Shown: positions 52,701-64,000 of the stretch, one piece after another
Numbering within the stretch: the first letter of the stretch is position 1
Layout of the letters: the number at the start of each line of letters is the position of its first letter
Source: Ramazzottius varieornatus
Lineage: Eukaryota; Animalia; Tardigrada
DNA length: 64,000 nucleotides
Assembly (NCBI GenBank): GCA_001949185.1
Contig: BDGG01000001.1
Coordinates: 3,303,324 to 3,367,323, forward strand
Direction of reading: 5' to 3'
Notes under the pieces: generated by a model
What the model was told of the DNA's origin: nothing
The model's input: only the letters and a program-made list of their open reading frames with translations
Databases searched by the model: none
Position numbers and translations under genes: made by a program

Positions 52701-53678
52701 TTCGTCCTGATTGCAGCTGTGTGCACGGGTTCCTCGCCAAGCAAACTGCACAAGACTGGCTCTTGCAGAAACCACCGGGAACCTTTTTGCTCAGACTTAG
52801 TGACTCGATCCTAGGTGGCGTCACCATCGCTTGGATTCGCCAAGACCCCGAAAGCGGTGTGTCAGACTGCCAACACTTACCTCATGTATAGGAAGTTAAC
52901 TTATAATAGGTAGCGAGAATGTTGACGCTTGTTGTCGGTTGTAACAGATATTCGGGAAGTATTATCCATCCAGCCATACACAAGCAAGGATTTTCAGATC
53001 CGTAGCTGCGCTAATCGTATTCGTGATCTCGCTGAAAACTTGTTTCTGCTCTATCCCGACATTCCTCGCGACCAGGTATGCGCATCTTGTAAAAACATGG
53101 CAATCATTTACAATAATCTGGTATCTCTATCCGGTTCTGTTCATCTTCGCTTAGGCTTTCGGCAAGTTCTACACCGCAACCGACCATCGTCCGCCGCTGG
53201 GAGGCGACTACGTTCCATCTGACTTGCACACTACCATTCCAGGGTGAGACTCTGCTATTTCTTCATGTTGAGTAAAATTCTTTGCGACAAGTACGATTAA
53301 TTTCTGTGTTTGGTCTTCTGTAGATTCCAAGGCAGAGCACGTTCGGTGACGCCCGGCTTCTCGGTACAATCACCGCACTCGCCTGAATCAGTGCATGATC
53401 CTCGCTCCGTCGTTAGCAATCAGTCGGAAATGACAACTGGGTAGGTCCAGACCATCAAGCGAGTCTTTTGCGTAAGTTGCAGCAATTTACTGAATTGTTT
53501 CAGACCTAATGACATGGACTTCACCGATGCCGACACCAGTCCAGAGAACATGGATCGTTGGCTGACTGAGGAATCGCTGGGCTCGTTTGAACCAACCAAC
53601 GCAGACGCGGCCATCTCTCAGAACGAACTGTATAACATTCTGTATCCCCAACCTGGAAACTACATGCCGTCCCATTAG
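49743..53678 (+). CDS. STAT: STAT transcription factor (STAT5/Stat92E-like)
   Basis: MSLW...[75 protein letters not shown]2 [19 protein letters not shown], and a phospho-Tyr segment GDYVP. Confidence 0.95.
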
Positions 53679-54460
53679 AGCAATCTTTTCTTGGTAGCAT
53701 TTACGGTAACCGGTTCCACGGCCACGCCCTATCAACCTCACACATAGTATTCGATATTTTCGAAATCGTTACTCTATGGTATATCAATTCACCTTCCCCT
53801 TTTCCGCTTTGGTCTTTTTCTAATGCACTTTCACTGAAATGTTTTACGTGGAAACTTGTTCACTTCTGGATTTTTAGGTTTTTTTTACCGTACCCCCACC
53901 TTTGCATGTTTTAACTACGCTGTTCCAACACTTCCGTGTCTTGCTTTTGTGTTACATAACCTACATTAATCGGAATCTATTCAGTGCAGTATCGAAATTT
54001 GTTCTAAATATGATCGAGTGGCTATTTTTGATCCGCATACGAAAGACGTGTAATTTGTGGACCATAAATTGTAACCTTTATTACAGAGGGCGTGTCATAA
54101 GGTCATAATGTCAGCTGACGAGCCTCATTAAGTGATTCATGACAGGCAATGATAATGGGGAAAAGTTTCGAAACATGGAGAAAGCATCAGATGGATCACT
54201 CACATTAATGGCATCAACTGTAATAATATTTGTCGTTGCTCTGTCCGATAGGCAGTACGTACAGTTACATATTGGGGAATGTGGTGAGCAGAGATCATTA
54301 CGTAAAGGTCACTTCTAATCAACGGAGAAGACTTTCCCCGAACGGGCTACCCACTGAAAGGCCAGTGTAATCGCAACGGGAGGAAGCGATAACGAGGAAG
54401 GAGGCACGGACCTTCGGATAAAGAAATCTTTTCAAGCGTCAAATTGCTCTGATGGCAGGC

Positions 54461-55898
54461 CTAGTCTGTCCGCTCTGTAGGCATCACAATCGAGGAGAGC
54501 TTCACTGGTTGGCCCGGTTGGCGTATTGCAGGATTGGGAAGCTTTGGGCGTCGTGCAAGGTCGAGTTCTTCCAGATGTCCCCGTAGTTGCCTTTAGACGA
54601 AGTTAGTTGGTCGTACACCTTATCATTTTGCTCTTTTACTGTAAAAAAACAGCGAGATTCGTCTTTTACCGTTATTTTTTAAAAGATCCAAAATCTGGTG
54701 GAGCGTTACAATTTGATACTTTTGCTGTGTACCGTTCTAAGCTTTCTTCTATTAGCTCTCGTGTCACTAAATTACTAAAGTTCTGCAATAATTTTGGCTT
54801 GCAAAAACGAAGATGACTTTCACGATAAAATCATTTACGAAAGTAATTAAATGATTACATATTTGGCCCCGTGTGAAAGTATAGAGAAAGCTCCACCGGA
54901 AAAACGAACATCTGGTGTGACAAGGAGATGCGAATAAACTCAGAACATGTGCGACCCGGGAAAGATCAAAGAAAGAAGACATCACGCAACGGCAAGGATC
55001 GAGCGTAGTGACAATGGGGCTATTTTTGGCTCTGTATCGCAATAAAGGACTGCCCATAGCTCGGAACCGCCTGTCGGGATTCTATTAAAGACTGAGGACT
55101 CCGACAAAGGAGGATGCTTGTAAGTTGTCGAACCGCAAAGTTGCACTGCACGATCTCGAGTTTACACGTGAAAATACGTGACACTAGGTACTTCCCTATT
55201 GAAGGTGCTTACCAATTGCATCGATTTTCGATGTCATGTTCAGAGTGACGGCCACCAAGAGAACGCTGGATATGATAATCAAACCTGAAAATAACAAGGA
55301 AAATTTATAATGAGAAGTTATCGAAAAACAATTTTAAAAAATGTTTTGTACGCAATATCGGAGTAGCGCAAGTGAAACTTACAGGATCATCATCTTAAGT
55401 GGCGAACCCGTCCATTCAATAACAATTGAAACTTGTGCCACTTGAGGTAACGATCTTGCACATTTCGTTTGCACAACTTCTATATTGTTGTGAGGAGTTA
55501 TTTTTCGTACGAGTACCGGCAATGACGCCGACAGCGAAAGTGATACGTTTCCTTTTCTTTTCGTCCGCCGTCAATGGCTCCTTGACTGTCTGGCTGCCAT
55601 CGCTCTCACCGTCGCGTAACGGTAGGGAAATGAGGGTGGGTTCCTTGGTGGAATGCGGCGTGCTTTTGCCTCCTCCCGCTCGATAATTATTGGAACTCAC
55701 AGACGAAGAGCCCGTCGGAGGCCGAAAATAGAAGAAAGGAGGCTGCTTCTCGTAATCGTCCACCGACCGAATTTGCGGCAGGTTAACGTCCTCGTTATAG
55801 CTAGGGACAGGACGGTAGAACCCATTGACCGACGGCGTCGGCTGGTATTGCGTGGATAACACATCAATAGTTTCCAAATCATCTTCATCCGCTGCCAT
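54461..55898 (-). CDS. Uncharacterised single-pass membrane protein (3' exons tentative)
   Basis: Exons 55898-55517 and 55284-55213 give KKRKRITFAVGVIAGLIIISSVLLVAVTLNMTSKIDAI (basic patch then TM). Plausible continuation VTRELIEESLER...RTD* through exons near 54766 and 54590. Confidence 0.55.
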
Positions 55899-58159
55899 TT
55901 CCTAATCGCAAAAAGCAGTCCGAACTAGGAGAAAATATTCAGCCAACTTCGATACGCTTCCAGAAGAACGGCCAATCATTCCAGAAGTAGAGGAAGAGAG
56001 CAGTAAAAGGCAAAGACCCAGCCATTTCTCATCAAGGAAATTTCAAATTCCAGTTAGATCTTTAACAGCTGACACGATGCTCTTCTGTAAACAGGATAGC
56101 AATGTGATCCGTTGGCTAATAAAAAATTCTGGTAATCCTTATCGGTCTGAAATGGGAAGATTACAGTGTTGAGAAGGGTAAACAAGGATCTTAGTTGTTT
56201 CAAATAAACGAAATTAAATCCATGTTTGCACAAAGGCTGCAAATTTCAGAATGAAGACCAGCGAGTACAAGCTTCGTGCAATATTCTCGGGTGGAGTAGA
56301 GTGATGATTAGTTAACAAGGCGAAGAAAAATAAGGGAGAGCCACGGGTGCAGTGTTTGGCAGCACTTGGACGATGAAGTATGAAGTATGAAGTCTATGCT
56401 TCCGGCCTACTTTTTGCATGCATGTGCGCCTTTCCGGGCTATACTGCGAGCCTGAAGTCAAAAGACGTCATGGAGAAGAGGGAACAAAGATCAGACAGAG
56501 TGTGCTACCATATCCGGCAGTTGGTGACTTTTTGGTTTCGGCTACATTTTAGGCATTCTTAAGCGAAAATCAATAATAAGCAGTCTCTGACACACCAGCC
56601 GGCAATATTTTATGTTATCTGTAAGGTTCCACACATTGGCTCTCCATGCACCGCGCAACTGATAATGGACAGCGGGTTTCTATACAGCCTCTAAGAGGCC
56701 CGAAATCACCTCAGAATCACTAGAAAGCAACATGTCTTCATGTGACTTACCTTTGTGACGGAAACGGAAGATACTTCCGGGTCGAAAAATTTAATTTTTT
56801 CGGGTCAATGAAAGTGCGTCGGGATCACTGATGTGCTCCTGGTGGCAGAAGGGAACATTATCAGATGAAGCGTTAGGGAGGCTTTTCGTGCGTGAAGGTT
56901 GCAATAAAAATGGAGGAATCTCGGTAAAGTGGTTTATCTATGGGGACCTTGACAGACCGGAAAGAATACTTTGAGGAGCTGATTACAAAGTGCAATCTCA
57001 CTTTATACGATCCCGTTATGTCCACTGGCATTGCAGACATTCGCAGTATTATGTCAGCCGCAAACAGCGGTGGTGTTGAAAGCTAAAGTGCGATCCATAA
57101 GTTTACTCAGCGGATTCTCTTCCGGTTATGGATTTGCCAGTAAAGAGTAAGGACCATCCCACTGAGTATAACTCTTTCTTCCCGCATACAGCCAACAAAG
57201 AAAAAAACCCATTGGAGCCGACTGCAGCTGAGCTGCATGCTCCCTTGAATAGGAATATGATTGCATTATCAATTTGTACGGTATTGCACAAGGAAATCAA
57301 CGGCGCTTATAAATATCCCTTCAGCGCATTGGCCAGCGAACATTAAAGAATCCATATCACGGGTCTTTCCTACACAGGCTGCGTGGGGATGCGACAGCAG
57401 GCGCCGACAATTTCATCCCTTTGGATTGGATATTGTGCAGACTGTGGGGTCGACCCATCTGCTGAATATCGACGGATTCTTTCGCCCTCTAGACTGTATT
57501 CTTGACAGGTTCCATCTACCTCGTTAGGCTTCCTTGTTTTCTGGCTGTACATAGTACTCGAGTAGAGTAGAAGAGGAAGTACCGCCTGGTGTTAGGTCCC
57601 ATCTTTGACCTCGAGTATTCAGCTTGAAATAGAAACATTGATTGATAAATTTGGAACGAGCTCATCTTGAAGGAACGAAGAGCTAGGTACGTGTAATGAA
57701 TATCGATAAGAGGAGCGCAGGAAGACACCGCTTCGATCATGTAGAATTAGCCATTTTCTTCTCAGTGTTTGCAAGTGATTCCACCACCTGTGTGCTTTCT
57801 GGTCGAACTACGAACCAGGTTGACCTTTGGGGTTGATTCCGCTTCCTGCCATGTGGCAGAATCTCCTTGTGACAGGGATGATGATGAGTTTCATCTTCGG
57901 ACATCCTATACAAGGACAAGCCCGAAGGCCGAAATCTCAAAGGTTCGAAAGCAGCCTTCCTGTGTAGATGGCGCGATAGTCCTATGCGTCGCTAAAGATC
58001 TGCATTTAACGGAAAACAGACAAGGATGAGAGGCAAACGAACAACGAGCTCGTAAAATTTCCTGTTGAAATCCATTGAAAACAAATATTCTTTGAACAGA
58101 ACTAACTACTTTGATTTCTAGCGGCGAAGTGAGAGTGCCATTCGTGATAAAGCAAAAAG

Positions 58160-58279
58160 AAGCCTGCAACATCTGGTGTTCCCAAGCGGTCACCCTTCTA
58201 AGTACTAACCAGGCCCGACGTAGCTTATCTTCCGAGATCGAACGGGATCGGGAGCATTCTACGTGGTATGGTCGCAGGC
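58160..58279 (-). rRNA. 5S rRNA gene (single copy in this window)
   Basis: Reverse complement reads GCCTGCGACCATACCACGTAGAATGCTCCCGATCCCGTTCGATCTCGGAAGATAAGCTACGTCGGGCCTGGTTAGTACTTAGAAGGGTGACCGCTTGGGAACACCAGATGTTGCAGGCTT: about 120 nt, paired ends, followed by a CTTTTT Pol III terminator. Confidence 0.95.
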
Positions 58280-58821
58280 AAAAGTAACAAAATTTTAAAC
58301 GTCTGAAGCGAAGGTTAAGACTCCAATCTATGCTGCTGCCATTGAACTTCGGAATTTTATGGAGATGGAGGAGCGTGTCCAGGAAAATCTTCTCATACAT
58401 TACCCCAATAAAATTTGTTGAAGAATATTTTACCCGCCAGTTGACAAAGTAGCTTACGTCATTTGTCTGTTGTGGATGGAGAGACAACCAGGACTTCGCA
58501 GTTAATCTCGCAGTTAATCCCCCAGTCAATCAAATTTAAAATTCCAAACTATAATGTACAAATGTGTCGCCTGAACGTAACCCGTGTCAGTATATCTGGG
58601 TGGGACGCCACTTAGGCGGTAAAACAACCATCAATTATTCGGGAATGGCGCCTAAAGTGCCTGCATTACGCACCCGTAACACGGCAAAAGTGGCGGAAGT
58701 CAAGCGGACAATTATGCAGAACATCGTCGTTCAAGAGCCTTCTCGGGACCACTCCTCATCCATTAAACAGCAAAAGCAACACGGGTTATTATCCTAATAA
58801 ACTCGCCCGCATATTCCAGTG

Positions 58822-58928
58822 TATAAAATCGACCACCGAAGTTCGCCAGTCTAAATCATTCAGCACTTCCGAGTGCAACTTCCTGTCGCTGTTTACCAAA
58901 GGGCTATCGCGACCTGTCCCTATAAAAG
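58822..58928 (+). promoter_or_regulatory. Two TATA boxes upstream of the neuropeptide gene
   Basis: TATAAAA at 58822, followed by an Inr-like TCATTC at about 58856, and TATAAAAG at 58921. Confidence 0.4.
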
Positions 58929-59003
58929 AAACTTCCGCTTGGCTCGCTAAACGTATCTCCGACTCGCTTAGTTCTTTGCGGGAGGTTCTTCCATCCCGCA
59001 GTC

Positions 59004-59586
59004 ATGGGGTGGTCTCCTCATATTCTCTGGACTTTGTTGGTGATCTCGACAGCTGTGTCAGGGTCTATTGGAGCAGTCCCTGGGATCTCACGGACCTACG
59101 ACGATAGCCATGATTTTATCGACGAAGAACTTCAAGATTCTCTATCTGCCGGAAGCGACAGCGTGAAGCTATCCCTGAGTAAGGCCGACGCCATGAGAAA
59201 CCTCAACATGGAAGAAAAACGGGGTTTCGGGGAGAAACGTGGTTTTGGGGAAAAACGCGGCTTTGGCGAAAAGAGAGGCTTTGGGGAGAAGCGTGGCTTT
59301 GGAGAAAAGCGTGGATTTGGAGAGAAGAGAGCTGTTGTCGTGATACAGGAGGCTGGAGCTGTCACACCTCTTCCAAAGTATGATGATAACCTGGAAGGCC
59401 AGTGGGATCACTTCCGGACGACCAAGAAAGGCTTTGTGGATAAACGCGGCTTTGGTGATAAAAGGTCGTGGTCCGACGACGGAAGGATGGGTAGGTTTCT
59501 TCACCATTTTCAAACCCGCGCGAGAACCCGGTTTCCAATATGGTTCCTTCACCGGTGACGATTTTATTAATATTTCAGGGGTATGA
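59004..59586 (+). CDS. Achatin-type neuropeptide precursor (6x GFGE, 1x GFVD, 1x GFGD)
   Basis: Signal peptide MGWSPHILWTLLVISTAVSG, acidic spacer, and tetrapeptides flanked by KR/KK. A probable 88-nt intron (59491-59578) gives the C-terminus ...SWSDDGRMGV*; the unspliced ORF ends at 59558. Confidence 0.88.
59214..59330 (+). repeat. 18-bp coding tandem repeat (EKRGFG)x6.5
   Basis: Units are identical in amino acids but differ at synonymous positions. Confidence 0.9.
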
Positions 59587-60872
59587 TTTATACTTTGTTG
59601 TTTATCACAAACTCATTTTACCCAATTCCGAAGCCAATAATAATATGTTGACGCTCTTCCTATACTGTGACTGCTGCTGCCTCTATTTCTCGTCATTCGG
59701 TGTAACCACAGTCTTCTGCCTGATAACTGTTTTCGGTTTCCTGCTGGGTAGCTGAGTTCAAAAGCGACCCTCATTCTTATGTACTGGGGACCTCGAGCCA
59801 GTAATCACGCCCAAAGCTGCGGGTGACCTTTACGGCCACGCCCATATCCAGGAGCCGCATCGGTTCGCGTCTTCCCAGCTCTGAAACTCGTGCAGGAACA
59901 ATTGTTCAAGGCCGACACCGCCTTGGAATTTCGCCCTTCACTTCTACTCGTGTGTTCCTGGAGCCTACAAGAGTTCCGGAAAAATACGGATGCAAGAGCC
60001 TCTGAGTATGTTATCGTTGCACTCCAGTTTTGTCCAGTGTTTCGTCCAAACGAATCTAGCACAATTACGTTTGCAGCCATACTGGGGCACGCAAAATGAC
60101 TTTTCATATTGTGGATTATTACTGGACGCAGTTCTTTCAGTAAATGTCGCAAACACTGTTCATTTCGGTTGCCAAGACAAGCAAATTATTGCTATGGTCA
60201 GCAATGGGTAAATGACCCATCAATTACTGTAGTGCTCCCAAATTCACGCGCACTCAGCCACGTGATGAGTCATCGTTGTCCAGTATGATCAGATGTTATC
60301 AGTGTAGCCTGTGTGACTCTCACCCGGGCATCATTTACTGTCCACGTGGTTAAGTGCGCGTTAATTTAGGAGCACTACATTACCAAAAGCACACTGTTCA
60401 AAATGCGGAATATACAATAACCAGCATGTACGACCGTAATGAACCTTCCGAAGTTCGGTTTACTTACGGTTTTCCAGATGCAGGTCTGAAAGACTACTTA
60501 TTGCTCGTTCTTTTGTTGAGCAAAGCTGCGAAAGTACAGTGTTCAGGTTCCAAGAGACCGCCTCTGAGAAGTACGAGCATGATTCGACACTTCCTTCAAG
60601 ATTATATGTAGTGACCTGTGTCCGGTTTCGAGGTATTATCTCCCAGCCAACTATGCAGATTTCAATCACCCTCGAGCTCTGTCTTGTCTTCGGCGGTGGA
60701 TGAACCTTGACCTTTCAGATTTAGTCTGTGATCAGACTGACCTACTAAGATTACGTGTTTTCCTTTGCCATCTCCGGCAACAAAGTTTAACGCCATCGTT
60801 TGAATATTCCGGATGTGAAGCACGGGCAATAAGTGATTGAGCGAGGGATCCGCCCGGGTCACTCCTCCCGCC

Positions 60873-62195
60873 ATGCATTTGATGGGAATTGATTTTGCAC
60901 CTTTGAACGTCCCTCTGGCTCGACGTCTGCAAACACTGGCCGTCTTCCATCATGTCTCCATGTTCTTCTTCGCTGGGATTTTCGGGACAATCTATCTCAC
61001 GTTCCTCCTCATCACTCCCTTCTTCTGGGTTACTTGGCTATACGTCGCTTGGTACATCTACGATCTGGGTCAGAGTAGTCGAGGAGGACGCCGCTTCGAG
61101 CTAATGAGGCGACTTCCCCTTTGGAACTGGTAATCATCATGGTTGAAAATTCCTCAAGTGTTTCAAGATAGATCATTCTGTCATATAACAAGTCTTCTGC
61201 AGGTTACGGGACTATTTTCCATGCCGGATCATCAAGACCTCCGACCTGGACCCAACGCACAACTATCTCATTGGGTATCATCCTCACGGCTTAATGGCCA
61301 TCGGCGCATTTTGTAATCTGCTGACAGAAGCCAATGGGTTTAGCCGACTCTTCCCCGGAATCACGCCATACCTTTTGTCGCTCAAGCTAATGCACTACTT
61401 CCCACTTTATCGCGAATATGTTATGTCGCTGGGCGTATGCGACGTCAGCAAAGAAAGTATCACACACATCATGAAGGGCCGCGGCGTGGCCGCCACTATT
61501 GTTATAGGTAAGTATCAATTGATTGGTGGTTCAGTTCTTGAAAACAAGAGAGAGGAGGTCAGGTACCGTTATGAAATTTGGCTTTCTCTTGCGCAGGTGG
61601 AGCAAGAGAAGTCTTGGATGCAGTTCCTGGTGTGACACGGCTTACCCTTAAAAACCGGAAAGGTGAGTTCGAAGAACCTGATCTAACGAAACTACTCGTA
61701 TGCTTAACTGTTTCTAACGCTTCAGGGTTCGCGAGGATGGCTCTACAAACTGGATGTCACCTGGTTCCCAGCTTTTCGTTCGGAGAAAACTACCTCTTCC
61801 GCCTTTTACTAGACAACACGCCAGGCTCCTTCACTAGGAATCTGACGCAAAGTATAACAAAGAAGCTTGGAGTCGCGCCCGCATTTTTTGTCGGTCGAGG
61901 TGTCTTCAATTACACCTTCGGAATCATGCCGTACCGCGTTCCAGTCACTACAGTTGGTAAGGGAAAACTTGACTTTAACTCTATAACAAAACAAAAGACA
62001 CAAAGTCCGAAAGAGTACGAGTACTTTTGCTTTTCAGTTGGAAGTTCGATAGAGGTTGAACACACTCCCGATCCTACCCAGGACCAAGTTGATTCTCTCC
62101 ATCGAGAATATCTGTCCCAACTGGAAAGCCTATTTTATGCGCATCGGGAAGCTTGCGGATATCCCAATGAAACCTTGGAATTCATAGATAATTGA
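60873..62195 (+). CDS. DGAT2/MOGAT-family acylglycerol acyltransferase
   Basis: FAPLNVPLARRLQT, RDYFP, LDPTHNYLIGYHPHG, VIGGAREVL, RKGFARMALQTGCHLVPSFSFGEN, VDSLHREYLSQLESLF. Confidence 0.93.
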
Positions 62196-63529
62196 CAATA
62201 GCACTGTTTTCCTCTTTCTTGCCGATCCGGCTAACAATAATAATTATGATCTATTCCTGACAGTATGTCGATGTCAACCATGCGAGCTCTTCGTACTCTG
62301 AAAGTTCTGAATTAGTGAAACACGTGCCCCTTACTGTTCGAATTCCAGCTGAGTTGCCATGAATGTGTTTCGGCCTATGTAAACAAAAGCTAATTAATAA
62401 GACGTCAGTTATATCTCCCTTGGAATGCCTCTGCTCAGGATTCTTCGGCAGTAGCAGCGTAATACGGTAATCGAAGATTACTTCCGGGTTCCAACGATCC
62501 TCACTCGCTAACTTGCTAAAGATGCTAATCAATCTATGCCAAAATCAACCGCCGCAGAAACAGCTTCTGATGTTCTATGGTTGATTGTTGATTGATCGTC
62601 AACAGTCAGTGTCCATTTCTGATTTCTCCTTCTCCACCTTAGATCTTTGATGTGGTCTGATCATCTCTCCACGAAGTGGTACCTCTGTCTGACATCCTCG
62701 TGCTTACTATGCTGGAAGCTTCAGTTTGGTGAGGAGGATCAGAATTTGGTGGTGTGCAGAGGATAAGGGCGCATAGCTGGGGAGGATCTTAGGCTTAGAT
62801 ACGAGGTAGCCGAAGACAGCACGTAAAGATCGCTAGCCGGGACCAGCGCACTCTCTCTTGCAGCATACGTCGAGAACCACCTGCACCTTCAGCCAGAACC
62901 ATCCCATAAGCGTCAAGCTCTGAGGGTAGCTAACCCCACTCCTGAACGTCGAAGCACTCCCGGGATGTCCGGCGCACACAGGTATGTCTACAGCATAGAT
63001 ACTCGATAATAAGTCAACTTGCCATGATGGCCGCATGATCGGTTGTCTTATACGTTTTGGGGGAATGTTTTCTAAAGGGGCTCGACTCTCGAGGTTCTCA
63101 TCTATTGACCGAGTATTCTGATCAGAACATGGAGCTTTACTGCAGATTTCTTGTCTGGTTCCGTTACTGCACGTACTCTGAATCAGGAGCAACAGACTGA
63201 TAGATTTTCGTTATTGTCGTTTTCGCATACCTCTATAGAAAAACAAACGTATCAATCGCGCTGCTATGTTTCTCGTTGTTGCAATGTTCGCATCGTATCA
63301 CTGTAGCATGCTGCGAGTGTAGTGACAGGGCGAATGGCAATGCCACAGTCTCATGCTGTGATACCAGTGTCGAAAGGATTTGATGTGAAAGTTCGGCCCA
63401 GGTGCTGATGTTGCTGCTTGCTAAGCACTGCCGATACCAAGACCTTCACTCCGTCAAAGCCATTATTTTATGGCCGCGAACTCGGTTGCGTTCTGCAAGG
63501 TTGCTCTTAGCACATTGCTGTATTTTCAG

Positions 63530-64000
63530 GAAAACCGATCATTCAAGTGGCAGCAGTCGCTTTTCAAATGTACCTCCACTGGGCAGCAAGAAATCATCAG
63601 AGTCCCGTTCGGCAACCATCGATCCCAAAACAGGCAAAAACAGGAGGCAGCCTATCGTCGGTGGGACCGTGCGGAACCACTCAAGTCGACGGTTGAGGAA
63701 CAAACATCTCGAGCTAATGCCATTGCTGAAATCGACGCAGGCGATTTCACCCCACAAGCGTTTCAGTCAAGGCGAGGCACGGCCGAGGTAAAATTTCGAG
63801 AAATATTCGGATCGTGTTGGCTTTTCTTATTTTCATGTATTTTATTTGGCCTAGGAGAAGCTGAACGTGAATCACGCCCAAGAGTCAAGTGACAAACAGC
63901 TATCTGCAGTCTTTAGCGGACCCGTGGAAGGACTCATCAGTCATCAGCTTTTGCGACCTTCGGAACAAGAACGCATGGAGCAGCAGGCCAGAGTCTTCAC
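63530..64000 (+). CDS. Partial RSRC1/SRrp53-like protein, running off the window end
   Basis: RANAIAEIDAGDFTPQAFQSRR and LISHQLLRPSEQERMEQ resemble recalled RSRC1 C-terminal motifs (IEAIESDSFVQQTFRSS; LAHPNLF...AEEKW). Intron 63789-63854. The 5' structure is unresolved. Confidence 0.4.

Noticed and set aside
56000-58100. Short ORFs upstream of the membrane-protein gene
   Set aside because: No homology or coherent exon chain; treated as intergenic or UTR sequence.
59214-59330. CRISPR-like periodicity
   Set aside because: No spacers; it is an 18-bp coding repeat of a eukaryotic neuropeptide precursor.
62251-63192. Minus-strand ORFs between the DGAT2-like and RSRC1-like genes
   Set aside because: No consistent spliced frame or recognisable domain could be built.

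Overview
Gene-dense eukaryotic DNA with short GT-AG introns (mostly 60-100 nt) from a compact invertebrate genome. A tardigrade such as Ramazzottius is my best guess; this is an inference, not a database result. In order: a Spitz/Keren-type EGFR ligand; a disrupted, signal-peptide-bearing DHDH-like pseudogene; a GPR161-like GPCR; an atypical Hsp70; POLE; ATP5PF head-to-head with a GABPA/Ets97D orthologue; a 101-aa orphan disordered protein; PHB1; a divergent HP1-like chromo/chromoshadow gene with an in-frame TAG; cyclin Y; IDH3B; GAPVD1; RPS9; a STAT5-like gene; an uncharacterised single-pass membrane protein; a solitary 5S rRNA gene; an achatin-type (GFGE/GFGD) neuropeptide precursor; a DGAT2/MOGAT gene; and a partial RSRC1-like gene. 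Two non-autonomous inverted-repeat elements (81 bp with an 8-bp TSD, and about 1.07 kb) sit in divergent promoter regions. The most notable observations are the human-like ATP5PF-GABPA head-to-head pair, the amber codon at the probable chromodomain Trp, the achatin precursor, the GPR161-like receptor missing both disulfide cysteines, and the Hsp70 with a degenerate phosphate-1 motif. CDS spans run from start to stop and include introns; exon structures were spliced by eye.
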